NCBI GenBank assembly: GCA_965248815.1
Contig: CBDFKK010000008.1
Span: 3,061,290-3,125,289, forward strand
Length of the DNA: 64,000 nt
Direction of reading: 5' to 3'
Source: Alphaproteobacteria bacterium
GTDB lineage: Bacteria > Pseudomonadota > Alphaproteobacteria > SMXP01
In this document: in pieces, positions 18,572 through 29,427 of the stretch
How positions within the stretch are numbered: the first letter of the stretch is position 1
Layout: every line of letters starts with the position of its first letter
Translations under genes and position numbers: made by a program
Notes under the pieces: generated by a model
Database searches by the model: none
Seen by the model: the letters and a program-made list of their open reading frames with translations, nothing else
Told to the model about the DNA's origin: nothing

Positions 18572-19729
18572 TCAAAGCGAACGCGCGATTAAAAGCTTCA
18601 TAATCTCGTTGGTTCCCGCATAGATCCTTTGCACGCGCGCGTCGCGGTACATTTCCGCGATGGGATATTCATTCATGTAGCCATAACCGCCGTGAAGTTG
18701 CAGGCATTCATCAACGATTTTGCATTGAATATCGCTTACCCAATATTTCGCCATGGACGCAGTGACTGCGTCGAGGCGGCCGTCAATCAGCATTTCAATG
18801 CACCTTTGGACAAATACCTTGGCAATGGTTGCTTCTGTCTTGCATTCAGCCAATTTGAATTGCGTGTTCTGGAATTCTATGATGCGCTTACCGAATGCCT
18901 TGCGTTCCTTGACATAATTGATGGTTTCTTCCAGCGCGCGCTCCATCATGGCAACGCCATGCACCGCCACGTTGAGGCGCTCTTGGGGCAACTGCTCCAT
19001 CAATTGAACAAAGCCCTGCCCTTCTTCGGTGCCCAAGAGATTAGCCGTGGGCACGCGCACATTGTCAAAAAAGAGCTCGGACGTGTCCTGCGCCTTAAGA
19101 CCGATCTTGTCGAGATTTCGCCCGCGTTTGAACCCGTCGGCGTCGTCGGTCTCTACAATCATCAACGAGACGCCCTTTGAACCCTCGGATGGATCCGTCT
19201 TTGCCACCACGATGATCAGATTCGCCAATTGACCATTCGTGATAAACGTCTTTTGCCCGTTGATGACATATTGATTGCCGTCGAGCTTAGCCGTGGTTTT
19301 GACGCCTTGTAGATCAGAGCCTGTTCCCGGCTCGCTCATAGCAATCGCGCCAATGAGTTCACCGGTTGCAAGTTTGGGCAGCCAACGCTGCTTTTGATCC
19401 TCCGTGCCGTAGTGAGTGATGTAAGGCGCAACAATCGCGCTATGTAACGAAAGCCCAAGCCCGTCGATACCCAGCTTCGATTGCTGTTCCATTATCACGG
19501 ATTCATGTGCGTATGTACCGCCAGCACCGCCATACGCCTCAGGCGTGCTCGCCAGCAGCAAGCCAGCCTCGCCGGCTTTAAGCCAAGCTTCGCGATCGAC
19601 AATGCCCTGTTCATTCCATTTCTCAACATGGGGTAGACATTCGCGTTCAAAAAACTTACCGACCGCGTCGTAAAAGATTTCCAGGTCTTCCGTCATGTAC
19701 GACGGCTTATCGACTTGAAGCACGTTCAT
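18572..19729 (-). CDS. acyl-CoA dehydrogenase
   Basis: 385 aa with the ACAD fold. The C-terminus has YAGTNEIMKLLIARSL. Confidence 0.85.
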   Translation of the reverse strand: MNVLQVDKPSYMTEDLEIFYDAVGKFFERECLPHVEKWNEQGIVDREAWLKAGEAGLLLASTPEAYGGAGGTYAHESVIMEQQSKLGIDGLGLSLHSAIVAPYITHYGTEDQKQRWLPKLATGELIGAIAMSEPGTGSDLQGVKTTAKLDGNQYVINGQKTFITNGQLANLIIVVAKTDPSEGSKGVSLMIVETDDADGFKRGRNLDKIGLKAQDTSELFFDNVRVPTANLLGTEEGQGFVQLMEQLPQERLNVAVHGVAMMERALEETINYVKERKAFGKRIIEFQNTQFKLAECKTEATIAKVFVQRCIEMLIDGRLDAVTASMAKYWVSDIQCKIVDECLQLHGGYGYMNEYPIAEMYRDARVQRIYAGTNEIMKLLIARSL

Positions 19730-19759
19730 CGCATTTGCACCTTATGGAATTTTTCTGCG

Positions 19760-21550
19760 CTAAAACGCTTCAGCGTCAAGCGCCATCATCGACTCTGCAC
19801 CGACTTTAATTCTTGCTAAGTGAGTCGTCGTTTGGGGGAACACGCGTTCGACAAAGTATCGCGCCGTCTTGAGTTTGTTGCCATAAAATGGATCATCGCC
19901 CGCCCCGTTCGCCAATTTCGTGTGGGCGATCTTGGCCATGTGCGCCCACATGAATGTCAGACTCACGAGACCGAGCATATGCATATAGTCATTGGAGGCG
20001 GCGCCGGCGTTTTCAGGGTTCGACATGCCGTTTTGCATGAGCCAAATGTTGGCGTCTTCCAGATTCTGTTTGCCTTGCTTCAATGCCTCGACATAAAGCG
20101 ACAAGTCTTCGTCATTTTCGTTCTCTTTGACGTAGTCGCCGATCTCGCTAAGAAAAGCGAGTACCGCCCGCCCGCCGTTTGCCGGCAGTTTGCGGCCGAT
20201 TAAGTCGAGGGCCTGAATGCCGTTTGCGCCCTCATAGATCATGGCGATGCGCGCGTCCCGCACAAACTGTTCCATGCCGGTTTCACGGATATAGCCGTGC
20301 CCGCCATAGACCTGCTGAGCACTAACCGTATAGTCGAAGCCCTTGTCGGTGAAATAGCCTTTGATGACAGGCGTGAGCAAACTCATATAATCGTCAGACT
20401 TTTGCCGTTCGCCTTCGTCTTCCGCTTTTTCCGAAATGTCGCCGTGAAGTGCCGTCCATAACAAAAGCGCACGCGCGCCCTCATTAAACGCGCGCTGATC
20501 CATCAACATGCGACGAACATCCGGATGCACGATAATTGGATCAGCAGATTGGTCGGGCGATTTCGGCCCGGTTAGCGAACGGCCCTGAAGCCGTTCCTGA
20601 GCATAGGTGGCGGCATTTTGATAACTCACTTCAGATTGTGACATGCCTTGCATGCCGACGCCTAAGCGCGCTTCATTCATCATCGTGAACATGGCGCGCA
20701 TGCCTTTGTGTTCGTCTCCGATGAGATATCCGGTCGCGTCTTCGTAATTGAGCACGCAAGTCGAGTTACCGTGAATGCCCATTTTTTCTTCAAGGCTGCC
20801 GCATGAAACACCATTGCGCGCGCCGAGGCTACCATCATCATTGACGAGAAATTTAGGCACTACAAAGAGCGATATGCCCTTCGTGCCTTCCGGCGCGCCG
20901 GGAATGCGCGCGAGCACCAAGTGAATGATGTTGTCAGCCAAATCATGCTCGCCGGCGGAAATAAATATCTTGGTTCCGGTGATCTTGTAGCTGCCATCGT
21001 CTTGAGGTTCGGCCTTTGTTCGTAAGAGTCCTAAATCCGTGCCGCAATGAGGCTCGGTGAGATTCATGGTGCCACTCCACTTTCCCGACACCATGTTGGG
21101 CAAATATTTTTGTTTTTGCGCGTCCGAACCGTGCTTGTGGATCGCCGCATACGCGCCTGCTGTGAGACCTGGATACATGGCAAAAGACATGTTGGCCGAG
21201 CTCATCATTTCACTAACCGCCAGTCCCAAGACATGCGGTAAGCCCTGACCGCCGTATTCCGGATCTGACGTCAATCCTGTCCATCCCCCTTCTGCAAACG
21301 TGTTGTACGCGTCCCTAAACCCCGTCGGTGTCGATACGTCGCCGTCATTTAAGGTGCAACCTTCCCTGTCGCCGACTTCATTGAGGGGATGCAAGACTTC
21401 TTGGGCAATCTTTGCGCCCTCTTCCAAAATGGCTGAGATGAGATCAGGGGTGGCGTCAGCAAAGCCAGCCAGATTGGAATATTTTTCAACCTGCAAAACT
21501 TCGTTGAGCAGAAAATCCATGTCCCGCACGGGAGCGCTATAGGTAGTCAT
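19760..21550 (-). CDS. long-type acyl-CoA dehydrogenase with a C-terminal extension (FadE/AidB-like)
   Basis: 596 aa. A central ACAD domain plus a ~150-aa extra C-terminal domain. Confidence 0.8.
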   Translation of the reverse strand: MTTYSAPVRDMDFLLNEVLQVEKYSNLAGFADATPDLISAILEEGAKIAQEVLHPLNEVGDREGCTLNDGDVSTPTGFRDAYNTFAEGGWTGLTSDPEYGGQGLPHVLGLAVSEMMSSANMSFAMYPGLTAGAYAAIHKHGSDAQKQKYLPNMVSGKWSGTMNLTEPHCGTDLGLLRTKAEPQDDGSYKITGTKIFISAGEHDLADNIIHLVLARIPGAPEGTKGISLFVVPKFLVNDDGSLGARNGVSCGSLEEKMGIHGNSTCVLNYEDATGYLIGDEHKGMRAMFTMMNEARLGVGMQGMSQSEVSYQNAATYAQERLQGRSLTGPKSPDQSADPIIVHPDVRRMLMDQRAFNEGARALLLWTALHGDISEKAEDEGERQKSDDYMSLLTPVIKGYFTDKGFDYTVSAQQVYGGHGYIRETGMEQFVRDARIAMIYEGANGIQALDLIGRKLPANGGRAVLAFLSEIGDYVKENENDEDLSLYVEALKQGKQNLEDANIWLMQNGMSNPENAGAASNDYMHMLGLVSLTFMWAHMAKIAHTKLANGAGDDPFYGNKLKTARYFVERVFPQTTTHLARIKVGAESMMALDAEAF

Positions 21551-22010
21551 CGTCTTTCACCATAGTCTTGAGGGGGCCGGCAAAGCCCGCCGCTGTGGTT
21601 ACAAGTTCGGCTTCACTTTGTTGCTGCTCTGATTTGTCTTTGATCAGTTGTTCAATGGTGGCACAGCCATCTTCCAGCTCATCGATCGCCGCATCGATGT
21701 CGCGTCGTTGCTGCTTCAAAGACTTGATCCGAGTACGGAATTTCTTGAGGGAGATAAGAAGCTGGGATTGAGGACCTCCGGGCTTGTCATACAGATCAAG
21801 CAATTCACGAATTTCGTCGAGGGAAAATCCAACCCGTTTGCCCCGCAAGATGAGCGACAGCCGCGCCCGTTCGCGCGAGCCATAAATACGGGTCTGGCCT
21901 CGCCGCTCAGGTTCTAAAAGACCTTTGTCCTCATAGAAGCGGAGCGTGCGCGCCGTGACGCCAAATTCTTTGGCCAATTCTCTGATGGAAAAGTTATTTT
22001 GTGACGACAT
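21537..22010 (-). CDS. MerR-family transcriptional regulator (LiuR-like) heading the beta-oxidation operon
   Basis: N-terminal MerR HTH ([26 protein letters not shown]) and a coiled-coil dimerisation helix. Overlaps the downstream ACAD start by 14 bp. Confidence 0.8.
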   Translation of the reverse strand: MSSQNNFSIRELAKEFGVTARTLRFYEDKGLLEPERRGQTRIYGSRERARLSLILRGKRVGFSLDEIRELLDLYDKPGGPQSQLLISLKKFRTRIKSLKQQRRDIDAAIDELEDGCATIEQLIKDKSEQQQSEAELVTTAAGFAGPLKTMVKDDDYL

Positions 22011-22061
22011 TTTTCCCAGAAATGCGTGGTAAACAGCAATCCAGTCTATACGTAATAGTTT

Positions 22062-22077
22062 ACGTTTACGTAAACGT
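22062..22077. promoter_or_regulatory. perfect 16-bp palindrome ACGTTTACGTAAACGT upstream of the MerR-acd-acd-fadA-fadB operon; candidate MerR/LiuR operator
   Basis: The palindrome was verified by reverse complement. It lies ~50 bp upstream of the merR start in an AT-rich leader. Confidence 0.45.
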
Positions 22078-22230
22078 CAATCTAATTAATTTGTTAGACG
22101 TCTTGGCCTCTGAGTGCTCACAACATTGTCACGGATTTGGCCAGATTTTTCGCGTTTCATTAGGGTGTTGGTAGGCTCGATCGCGATAGGATTTGGGCAT
22201 CCGCAAGCCACGATCCGCAGAGTAAAGAGT

Positions 22231-22872
22231 ATGAGTTGCGTTCAATTCCGGTACCGCGGCCCCGCAGCTGCCGTCTTGGTCCTTACCCTTGGATTGATGG
22301 TCGAGAGTTGCACGACAGTACCAACGTCATCACGCACGTCCGCCTCTCTTCCGCAAAGTTCAGCCAGCGCCTTCAGCCGGGCCTGTGTGCCGGCGAATTC
22401 GAAGTCCGCCACGGTGAGAGACCTCAAGGCCAAGATTCACGCCTACACAAATGCCAACCGTCGCCGTCACGGCGCTAGCGCGGTGAAACTCACATGTGAA
22501 CAGGGATTGACCCTGGTTGCAGATTCTCACAGCGATTGGATGGCCCAGGCCAAAAAGATGTCACACAGAGATAATCGCGGCCAAGTACCCTATGACCGTG
22601 TCATCGCCCACTACCCTTCGTATCAAGGTTCGATCGCTGAAAATCTTGGCGTCATTACGACAACTTATAGCGGTCCCGGATCGCGGACCCGGGCGGACAA
22701 CTATTCTTTTAATTCCGATGAAATGGCAAAAAACTTTGTAGACGGCTGGATGAACAGCCCGGGGCACCGAAAAAATTTACTCCATCCCCGGATGACGCAC
22801 TTGGGTGTGGGCGTTGCCCTGCGTGGCACGTCCATCTATGTCACTCAAGTGTTTGCCGATCCGGCGGAGTAA
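22231..22872 (+). CDS. CAP/SCP/PR-1-like secreted (probable lipo)protein
   Basis: Signal peptide with a Cys (LMVESC). The C-terminal GHRKNLLHP...HLGVGV matches the CAP-domain signature. Confidence 0.65.
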   Translation: MSCVQFRYRGPAAAVLVLTLGLMVESCTTVPTSSRTSASLPQSSASAFSRACVPANSKSATVRDLKAKIHAYTNANRRRHGASAVKLTCEQGLTLVADSHSDWMAQAKKMSHRDNRGQVPYDRVIAHYPSYQGSIAENLGVITTTYSGPGSRTRADNYSFNSDEMAKNFVDGWMNSPGHRKNLLHPRMTHLGVGVALRGTSIYVTQVFADPAE

Positions 22873-23130
22873 TTCGTTAACGATTTGTTACTGCGCCATA
22901 ACACATCGTTCGAACCTGCGGCTTCGCTTAAGTGTGCTTTGCGACGCCGCATTTAACTTCAATTAACCAATATTACTCAGGATGTGATTTGGGGGCAGCG
23001 CTGCCGCGCACGCTTGTGACGCGCACTCGAATGCGCCGCTGCATTACTACTAGGACTTGTGGAGACGAGGCTCGTCACCACGAGATGTGGTGTAGAGCCG
23101 AGAGTTTGTCGACGGGGAATTGAGTCGAGT

Positions 23131-24426
23131 ATGAAGCCGGGCGTCCCATGGAGTGTCAAAGGCGTCGAGCCTGACGCACGTGCCGTTGCAAAATTAGCGG
23201 CTCGCAAGTCCGGCATGACCCTTGGCCAATGGCTAAATCATGTAATTCGAGAAGTCGGTTCGCTTGAAGCTGGACTCGATGATGATGCCGTTGACGCCGA
23301 CACCTCACAAATTCAGCAACTGAATGCTCTATTGGAAAGTGGCGTTGACGCTGCCAAGGGCGGCCGCCGGGCTGAGGGATCCCCCCGTTCAGATTCCGAT
23401 ATCAACGCCGTACATACTGCACTTGCCGATATGGTCAAACGTTTCGAGAAGGCGCAGCAGAAGAGCTCAATGATATTGGACAATCTAGACAACACCATAA
23501 GCGGTGTTGCCGCCAGGCTGGACGCCGTCGACGACAGTGCGCCCGACAGATCGTCCGGTGAAGATCCGTTTACCATCGTTCAGGCCATGCAGGTCGAACT
23601 TTTGGACCGGATCAAGAGGCTGGAAGCCAGCGGTACGAGTTCGTCTGCAAATACGGCTCTAAAACCGATCGAAGATGCCTTAAGCAAGGTCGCCATTCAT
23701 ATTGAGCGCAACGAAAGAAACGCGCTCGAGGGACTGCAGGCGATGCAAGCCGCAATCAGTCGCTTGGTCGATCGCCTTAACTCCGACCAGTCAGATAAAG
23801 CGCAAACCGCAAAGACCGTTGAACTGGCTATTGAACGTTTGAGTACGCAGCTTCAACACCGCGACGAACTCTATCAACGCGATCAAGACACATTGGATCG
23901 GTCCCTCGACGGCGTGCGGGAACGGGTCGCGAAAATCGAGGAGGAAGCGCGCGACACATCAGAGTCAATCAGAGAAAAGCTCTACGATCTATCTGCATCG
24001 CTGGAGAATGCGGCGAGTGCCCCTTCTAGAGAGGACGAGACTGGAACGGGGCCTTTGGATACCGGCCGGCTCGACAGTTTAGAATCCGAACTTCGAGATC
24101 TGGGTCGCAAGCTGGATGATGCTGATGAACGATTTAACGGTGCAATTAACAAGCTCGGCGGAGAGTTGATCGCAATCCGCGTTCATTTGGATCAGGCCCA
24201 GGCCGACACCACTGAGGACATCCAACAGACTACCGAACTGCCCGGCGCGCAACCGCCGTCTGAGCCGCCCGAAGCAGAGACGCCTCCCGAGCCTGAACCG
24301 AGCCTGAAGAAGAAACGCCTACGGCCAAGCAAGCCGATGCGCCTGCGGATAACTCAAAACAAGCCTATTTCTCAGACGAAGATGACAGTGCTCAAGACGA
24401 CAGCGACGATGGCCGTCTCATCCTAA
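23131..24426 (+). CDS. podJ: PodJ-like polar localisation factor, N-terminal cytoplasmic coiled-coil part; frame broken by an 11-bp tandem duplication
   Basis: N-terminus MKPGVPWSVKGVEPDARAVAKLAARKSGMTLGQWLNHVI matches the conserved PodJ N-terminal box. Long coiled-coil. The last ~40 codons are out-of-frame junk after the duplication at 24287-24308. Confidence 0.5.
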   Translation: MKPGVPWSVKGVEPDARAVAKLAARKSGMTLGQWLNHVIREVGSLEAGLDDDAVDADTSQIQQLNALLESGVDAAKGGRRAEGSPRSDSDINAVHTALADMVKRFEKAQQKSSMILDNLDNTISGVAARLDAVDDSAPDRSSGEDPFTIVQAMQVELLDRIKRLEASGTSSSANTALKPIEDALSKVAIHIERNERNALEGLQAMQAAISRLVDRLNSDQSDKAQTAKTVELAIERLSTQLQHRDELYQRDQDTLDRSLDGVRERVAKIEEEARDTSESIREKLYDLSASLENAASAPSREDETGTGPLDTGRLDSLESELRDLGRKLDDADERFNGAINKLGGELIAIRVHLDQAQADTTEDIQQTTELPGAQPPSEPPEAETPPEPEPSLKKKRLRPSKPMRLRITQNKPISQTKMTVLKTTATMAVSS

Positions 24427-24431
24427 AAGAA

Positions 24432-25676
24432 GTGTTGGTCCCCAACAAAAATCAACCGAGCGAACAAGAGACTACCACAAAGAGTGACGAGTCATCGGTC
24501 GGCCAAAACGACGAGAGCAAAGAAACGGATGCCAACGCGCTTGTAGCACTCTTTAAAGGCGTTGCCCGAGAAGCTCGGGCATCAGTCAAGGGGTTCGAAA
24601 AAGCTGACAAACGCGAAAATGTCTTGGACGTACAAGATGAGCAAAGCGCCTGGCGTCAAACCTTTGTCAATGCAGGATTTTTGTTTGCGTTCTTTCTTAC
24701 CATGACCCTAGGGGCCGTGTTCCTCCTCAACGGCGAAACGGAAATTCCCGGCTTAGGCCGGCCTGACGTCGTATCCAGTTTGAATGAAGCCGCCAATGCA
24801 GCAAAGAGAAGTGTATCGTCGCTTTTCGGCGGTTCCGACGAGACAGCGGAAGGTGAGTCGACGGCGACACTTCCTGGGACAGGAATTGATCCTTCAGTCT
24901 CAGACACCGCGCCCGCAGAGTCTTTTGCCGTCGATGTCTCGATTGATGATGCTATCGACGCAGATACCGGCGCTCCCGATCTATCGGCTTCAACCACGTT
25001 CGAGCCTAGCGCCACGCGTCCCCTTACTGTCGACGCTACAGGCGATGGTTCCGCCGTTACTGCAATCGATTCTATTAGTACGTTGACCAGAGCAGCGCTC
25101 GCTGGGGATGCCTATGCGCAATATTTGTTAGGCGGCAGATATCTAAACGGAGACGGCGTCGAACTCGATTCCGCGCGCGGCGCTCTCTTGGTTCAGCAAG
25201 CCGCGACGACCGGGCTGCCGTCCGCCCAATACCGACTTGGTACATTGTTTGAACGCGGGGAGGGCGTACCGCGAGATCCCCTCAATGCGATCAAATGGTA
25301 CGAAAAGGCTGCGGTAGCGGGCGAAGTCAAGGCTATGCACAATCTCGCCGTACTCCACGCCGAAGGCTCCAGCATCCCTCAAGACTTTAGCATTGCATCG
25401 CGATGGTTCGAGGTCGCGGCCGAGCGGGGCTTAGCCGACTCTCAATTCAATCTCGGCATCCTTCGCCAAAAGGGTTTGGGAATTTCAAAGGACATGGTCG
25501 AGGCTTACAAGTGGTTTGCGCTGGCGGCCCGGGACGGGGACCAAGAAGCAGAACGTCAACGGCTTGCCGTCGAATCGCAATTGTCGCCCTCTGCGCTCAC
25601 TGAAGCCAGAAACCTCGTCGATCGTTGGGAGCCTTTGTCACTGACCACCGCGCCGATTCCTATTGAGAGTGAGTGA
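24432..25676 (+). CDS. podJ: PodJ-like C-terminal part (TM segment + periplasmic Sel1/TPR repeats); this reading frame is open from 24297
   Basis: An acidic linker, one TM helix and at least four Sel1 repeats (AQYRLGTLFERGEGVPRD, AMHNLAVLHAEG, SQFNLGILRQKGLGISKD, AYKWFALAARDG). Removing one copy of the 11-bp repeat fuses it in frame to 23131-24426. Confidence 0.5.
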   Translation: MLVPNKNQPSEQETTTKSDESSVGQNDESKETDANALVALFKGVAREARASVKGFEKADKRENVLDVQDEQSAWRQTFVNAGFLFAFFLTMTLGAVFLLNGETEIPGLGRPDVVSSLNEAANAAKRSVSSLFGGSDETAEGESTATLPGTGIDPSVSDTAPAESFAVDVSIDDAIDADTGAPDLSASTTFEPSATRPLTVDATGDGSAVTAIDSISTLTRAALAGDAYAQYLLGGRYLNGDGVELDSARGALLVQQAATTGLPSAQYRLGTLFERGEGVPRDPLNAIKWYEKAAVAGEVKAMHNLAVLHAEGSSIPQDFSIASRWFEVAAERGLADSQFNLGILRQKGLGISKDMVEAYKWFALAARDGDQEAERQRLAVESQLSPSALTEARNLVDRWEPLSLTTAPIPIESE

Positions 25677-25878
25677 CGCGGGATGAACCCTAAAATCGAA
25701 CTCGAAGATTGACCATTGAAAAGAAATCCGAGAATTCGATTTACGTCACAAATTCAGTTTCCCGTTTGTGTTCATCTTTATTGTGTCAGTGTGGTATCAC
25801 AGCTGAATGTTCGGTTATGCTCTGTATTGTCTGACTCGCTCAAAGGGTCATTCAATTTCACTTAATACGTCGTGAAAC

Positions 25879-26799
25879 ATGCAAATCTATCTCCCGATTG
25901 CTGAGCTGTCGGTCAACATATTTCTGTTGTTGGGTCTAGGCGGCGCTGTCGGTTTTCTTTCGGGCATGTTCGGAATCGGTGGTGGATTCCTCATGACGCC
26001 TCTCCTCATCTTTACCGGTATTCCACCGGCCGTAGCTGTCGCTAGCGAGGCCAACCAGATTGTCGCATCGTCGGTGTCCGGTGTAGCCGCCCACTGGAGG
26101 CGCCGGGCAGTCGATTTCAAAATGGGAAGCGTTTTGGTTGGCGGAGGAATCATCGGATCCGTGGTCGGCGTTTACGTCTTCCGGCTGGTACGGGAAATGG
26201 GTCAAATCGATTTGCTCATCTCTTTAAGTTACGTGATTTTTCTAGGCGTCATCGGCGCTCTGATGTTAAGAGAGAGCATCGGCGCCATCCGGCGCTCGAG
26301 AGCGGGCAAACCGTCCGGGCGCCGCAAGCCCGGTCAGCACTATTGGATACATGGTTTGCCGTTCCGCATGCGGTTTCCCCGATCCAAGCTCTACACGAGT
26401 TCGATACCGCCGGCATTTCTTGGCTTTCTAGTTGGTGTTTTGGCGGCCATCATGGGCGTCGGCGGAGGCTTTATTATGGTGCCGGCAATGATTTATCTGC
26501 TGCGCATGCCGACGAATGTCGTGGTTGGCACATCTCTTTTTCAGATTATTTTCATTACAGGCGTTACAACTATTCTACATGCGGTCACAAACCAAACCGT
26601 CGATGTACTGCTAGCACTGCTCTTACTAGTTGGCGGCGTCATTGGCGTGCAATTCGGCGCGCGCGCCGGACAAAAATTGAAAGGCGAAGAGCTTCGTGCT
26701 CTTTTAGCGATTCTCGTCCTTGGAGTTTCCCTGCGTTTGGCGTTCGGCTTGTTCATGACACCCGACGAGATGTTTACCGTGAGCGATATCCTCGAATGA
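25879..26799 (+). CDS. TSUP (TauE/SafE, DUF81) family transporter
   Basis: 306 aa with two internally repeated 4-TM halves, each carrying GGGF(L/I)M. Confidence 0.8.
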   Translation: MQIYLPIAELSVNIFLLLGLGGAVGFLSGMFGIGGGFLMTPLLIFTGIPPAVAVASEANQIVASSVSGVAAHWRRRAVDFKMGSVLVGGGIIGSVVGVYVFRLVREMGQIDLLISLSYVIFLGVIGALMLRESIGAIRRSRAGKPSGRRKPGQHYWIHGLPFRMRFPRSKLYTSSIPPAFLGFLVGVLAAIMGVGGGFIMVPAMIYLLRMPTNVVVGTSLFQIIFITGVTTILHAVTNQTVDVLLALLLLVGGVIGVQFGARAGQKLKGEELRALLAILVLGVSLRLAFGLFMTPDEMFTVSDILE

Positions 26800-27602
26800 C
26801 AATGAAATTCTCCGCACATGAGATTCTATTGGCGGTTTCGACGCTAGCGGCAACGTTGTTCATCAACGTTCGGCCGGTCATCGCCGACAATCTTGTCACT
26901 GACCTCTCCGAGAATCTCATTGCAATTACGTCGAACTTCACCGGCAAGCAAATTGTTTTCTTCGGAACCATAGACCGGGACGCAACGTCGTTGACGGAAA
27001 ATCCGGGTTTGGAAGGACCGCGCGATGTCATTGTCGTGATTCGAGGACCGCGCGAACCGATTACCGTGCGCCACAAAGAGCGCATATTCGGTGTTTGGGC
27101 CAACGTCGGTGGAATCGATTTCGACGGCGTACCGGGTTATTACTTTGTCGCCAGCAATCGCGACTTCGAAGCCACAGCTACTCGCGCGGTTTTTCTACGC
27201 CATCAAATCGGCGTTGAAAATTTGCGCATTACGCCGATGTCTGATGAGTTGGACCAAGAATCACTCGACGACTACAAAAGCGCAATCATTCGCAGCAAAC
27301 GCAAAGAAAACCTATTCATTGAAGAACCAGGCGGTGTGCAGTTTCTCGATGGAAACTTGTTTCGCGCCAACGTGGAAATTCCCGCCAATGTTCCGGTCGG
27401 CATTTACCGCACCGAGGTCTACTTGGTCCAAGGTGGCAATGTCGTCAGTGTACAAAGCAAACCGCTTTACATCGACAAGACCGGCATCGAACGCAATATT
27501 TATGAATTTGCCTACGACCGTCCGGCAAGCTATGGGATCGCCGCTGTGCTCTTTGCCCTAATGTCCGGCTGGGTCGCCTCATGGGTGTTTCGACAGAACT
27601 AG
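26796..27602 (+). CDS. TIGR02186-like conserved alphaproteobacterial protein, translationally coupled to the TSUP gene
   Basis: The ATG at 26796 overlaps the TSUP stop (ATGA). It has a signal peptide, a soluble domain and a C-terminal TM helix. DUF81 and TIGR02186 genes are typically adjacent. Confidence 0.6.
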   Translation: MTMKFSAHEILLAVSTLAATLFINVRPVIADNLVTDLSENLIAITSNFTGKQIVFFGTIDRDATSLTENPGLEGPRDVIVVIRGPREPITVRHKERIFGVWANVGGIDFDGVPGYYFVASNRDFEATATRAVFLRHQIGVENLRITPMSDELDQESLDDYKSAIIRSKRKENLFIEEPGGVQFLDGNLFRANVEIPANVPVGIYRTEVYLVQGGNVVSVQSKPLYIDKTGIERNIYEFAYDRPASYGIAAVLFALMSGWVASWVFRQN

Positions 27603-27780
27603 TCTTGGTTGTTCATCTCAGGAACAAACGCTTTTCGGACGATTCGCCTCATCCTACCTCGCTCACTTAGATTTGAAGTGAAGCTAGGGACGGAATGCAA
27701 GACTGGTCAGTTGCCCCCACTTTGAGAAGATGCTCTAGTGCACCAACAAGGTTTGAAAAACTCTTATTCATGGGAGCAAG

Positions 27781-28563
27781 ATGGTGGCGCGTTCAATTTT
27801 TGCAGCTCTTTCGGCTTTTGTTTTTGCAGCTTGTTTTGCCGTTTGGGATCAACCGGCGCTTGCGGGCGCACATGCCAGCGGTGATGATGCCGCCGACGTC
27901 ATTCAAAATGCATTGGATGACGAGCGCCGTCCCGCCGAAGACAAAGAACGGGATGCCAATAGGAAGCCCGGCGAAGTGATCGCCTTTGCGGGCACCAAGC
28001 CCGGCGATGTCATCGCGGACATTGCCTCTTCGGGCGGCTACTACACGCGCATATTGAGCGAAGTCGTCGGTGCCGAAGGCAAAGTGTACGCCTGGAATGC
28101 AACGGAGTTTGCAAGTTTCTTAGGTGACGTCAATCCCGCGGATGCCTTGGCGGAGACGTACGGTAATGTCGTCAGTCAAATGGAGTCTTTTAACGCGCCG
28201 ACATTTCCGGAGCCCCTCGACGCCGCTTACATCGTGATCAATTATCACGACGTGATCTGGGATCGGATTGGTGCGGATATTGACGCCATGAACACGTCTA
28301 TCTTGAACGCTTTAAAGCCGGGCGGCATCTTTTTGGTCGTCGATCATGCTGCTGAAGCCGGCTCGGGCATTCGCGATGTAGGCACGCTCCACCGCATCGA
28401 TCCGGCAATCGTCATGGAAGGTGTGCTGGCAGCGGGATTCGAATTTGATTCCGAAAGCGATATTTTGGCCCACCCAGAGGACGATCGCACTGTGGGCGTC
28501 TTTGACGCATCTATTCGCGGAAAAACGGACCGCTTCATTTATAAATTCCGCAAGCCTGAGTAG
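27781..28563 (+). CDS. secreted class I SAM-dependent methyltransferase (COG4798-like)
   Basis: Signal peptide, a glycine-rich SAM motif region (DIASSGGYYTRIL) and the acidic-loop FLVVDHAA. Confidence 0.65.
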   Translation: MVARSIFAALSAFVFAACFAVWDQPALAGAHASGDDAADVIQNALDDERRPAEDKERDANRKPGEVIAFAGTKPGDVIADIASSGGYYTRILSEVVGAEGKVYAWNATEFASFLGDVNPADALAETYGNVVSQMESFNAPTFPEPLDAAYIVINYHDVIWDRIGADIDAMNTSILNALKPGGIFLVVDHAAEAGSGIRDVGTLHRIDPAIVMEGVLAAGFEFDSESDILAHPEDDRTVGVFDASIRGKTDRFIYKFRKPE

Positions 28564-28749
28564 GTTTCTAACCTATAAGCTTTCGATTGGCGTGGCGCTT
28601 CGCCGCGGCTGCAAGGCCGTGCACCGGCACTAATGCCTTCATTGGCGGCCAAATTCGTTATCACTAGTGGGAGCAATCACCATGGGAACATGAAACCATT
28701 CGCGGCCGAATTGCCTATACATCCAAGAAACCTGAAATACTGAGACAAG

Positions 28750-29427
28750 GTGAGGGGCGGTGAGACTTTTATCTACACCAAACAGGTCGACGGCAGCCGC
28801 ACCCTCCGAGCCCACTGTGCGATTGACGAAAATTCACCCCGCGTCTTGCGCGACACGATTACATCCGTCGACGAAAACTGGAAGCCGATCCGCGGTCTTG
28901 TTTCACTTACGGTTGACGAAGAGCATGTGGGCTCGGCGTGGTACCGGTTCACGGACAAGCTTGCCGAATGCGAGGGCTTTACCGTCAAAGAAGGCCGAAT
29001 ATCGCAACGCATGGAGCTGACCCAACGGCCTAGCTTTTTTGGCACTCATCCGATTCAAGCCGACGCCATGCACACTTCATGTTACGACTTGAGCAAAGGT
29101 CCAGGAGAGCAAAAAATCTCGTCCTTCTTAATGTGTTCGTTCCATCACCGGGGCGCCGACGGACCCATACTTCTCAAACGTGACGGTATGGTGATGTGCT
29201 TTCTTGGCGAAGAGAAAGTCACCGTAGGGGCCGGTACGTTTGCCGCATATCACTTCAGGTACGGCACGAACACCGACGACGACTATCAAGGAACCGACAT
29301 TCATCCCCCCTATCACACCTGGACAACGGCGGATGGAGATTACGTCCTCCTCAAGGCACACTGCACCGGCTACATGCAGACCTACTATGAGTTAGTGAAA
29401 TACGAGAAGCAGAAGAACTTCTTCTAA
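28750..29427 (+). CDS. hypothetical protein
   Basis: 225-aa ORF with Cys/His-rich content. No recognisable motif. Confidence 0.45.
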   Translation: MRGGETFIYTKQVDGSRTLRAHCAIDENSPRVLRDTITSVDENWKPIRGLVSLTVDEEHVGSAWYRFTDKLAECEGFTVKEGRISQRMELTQRPSFFGTHPIQADAMHTSCYDLSKGPGEQKISSFLMCSFHHRGADGPILLKRDGMVMCFLGEEKVTVGAGTFAAYHFRYGTNTDDDYQGTDIHPPYHTWTTADGDYVLLKAHCTGYMQTYYELVKYEKQKNFF

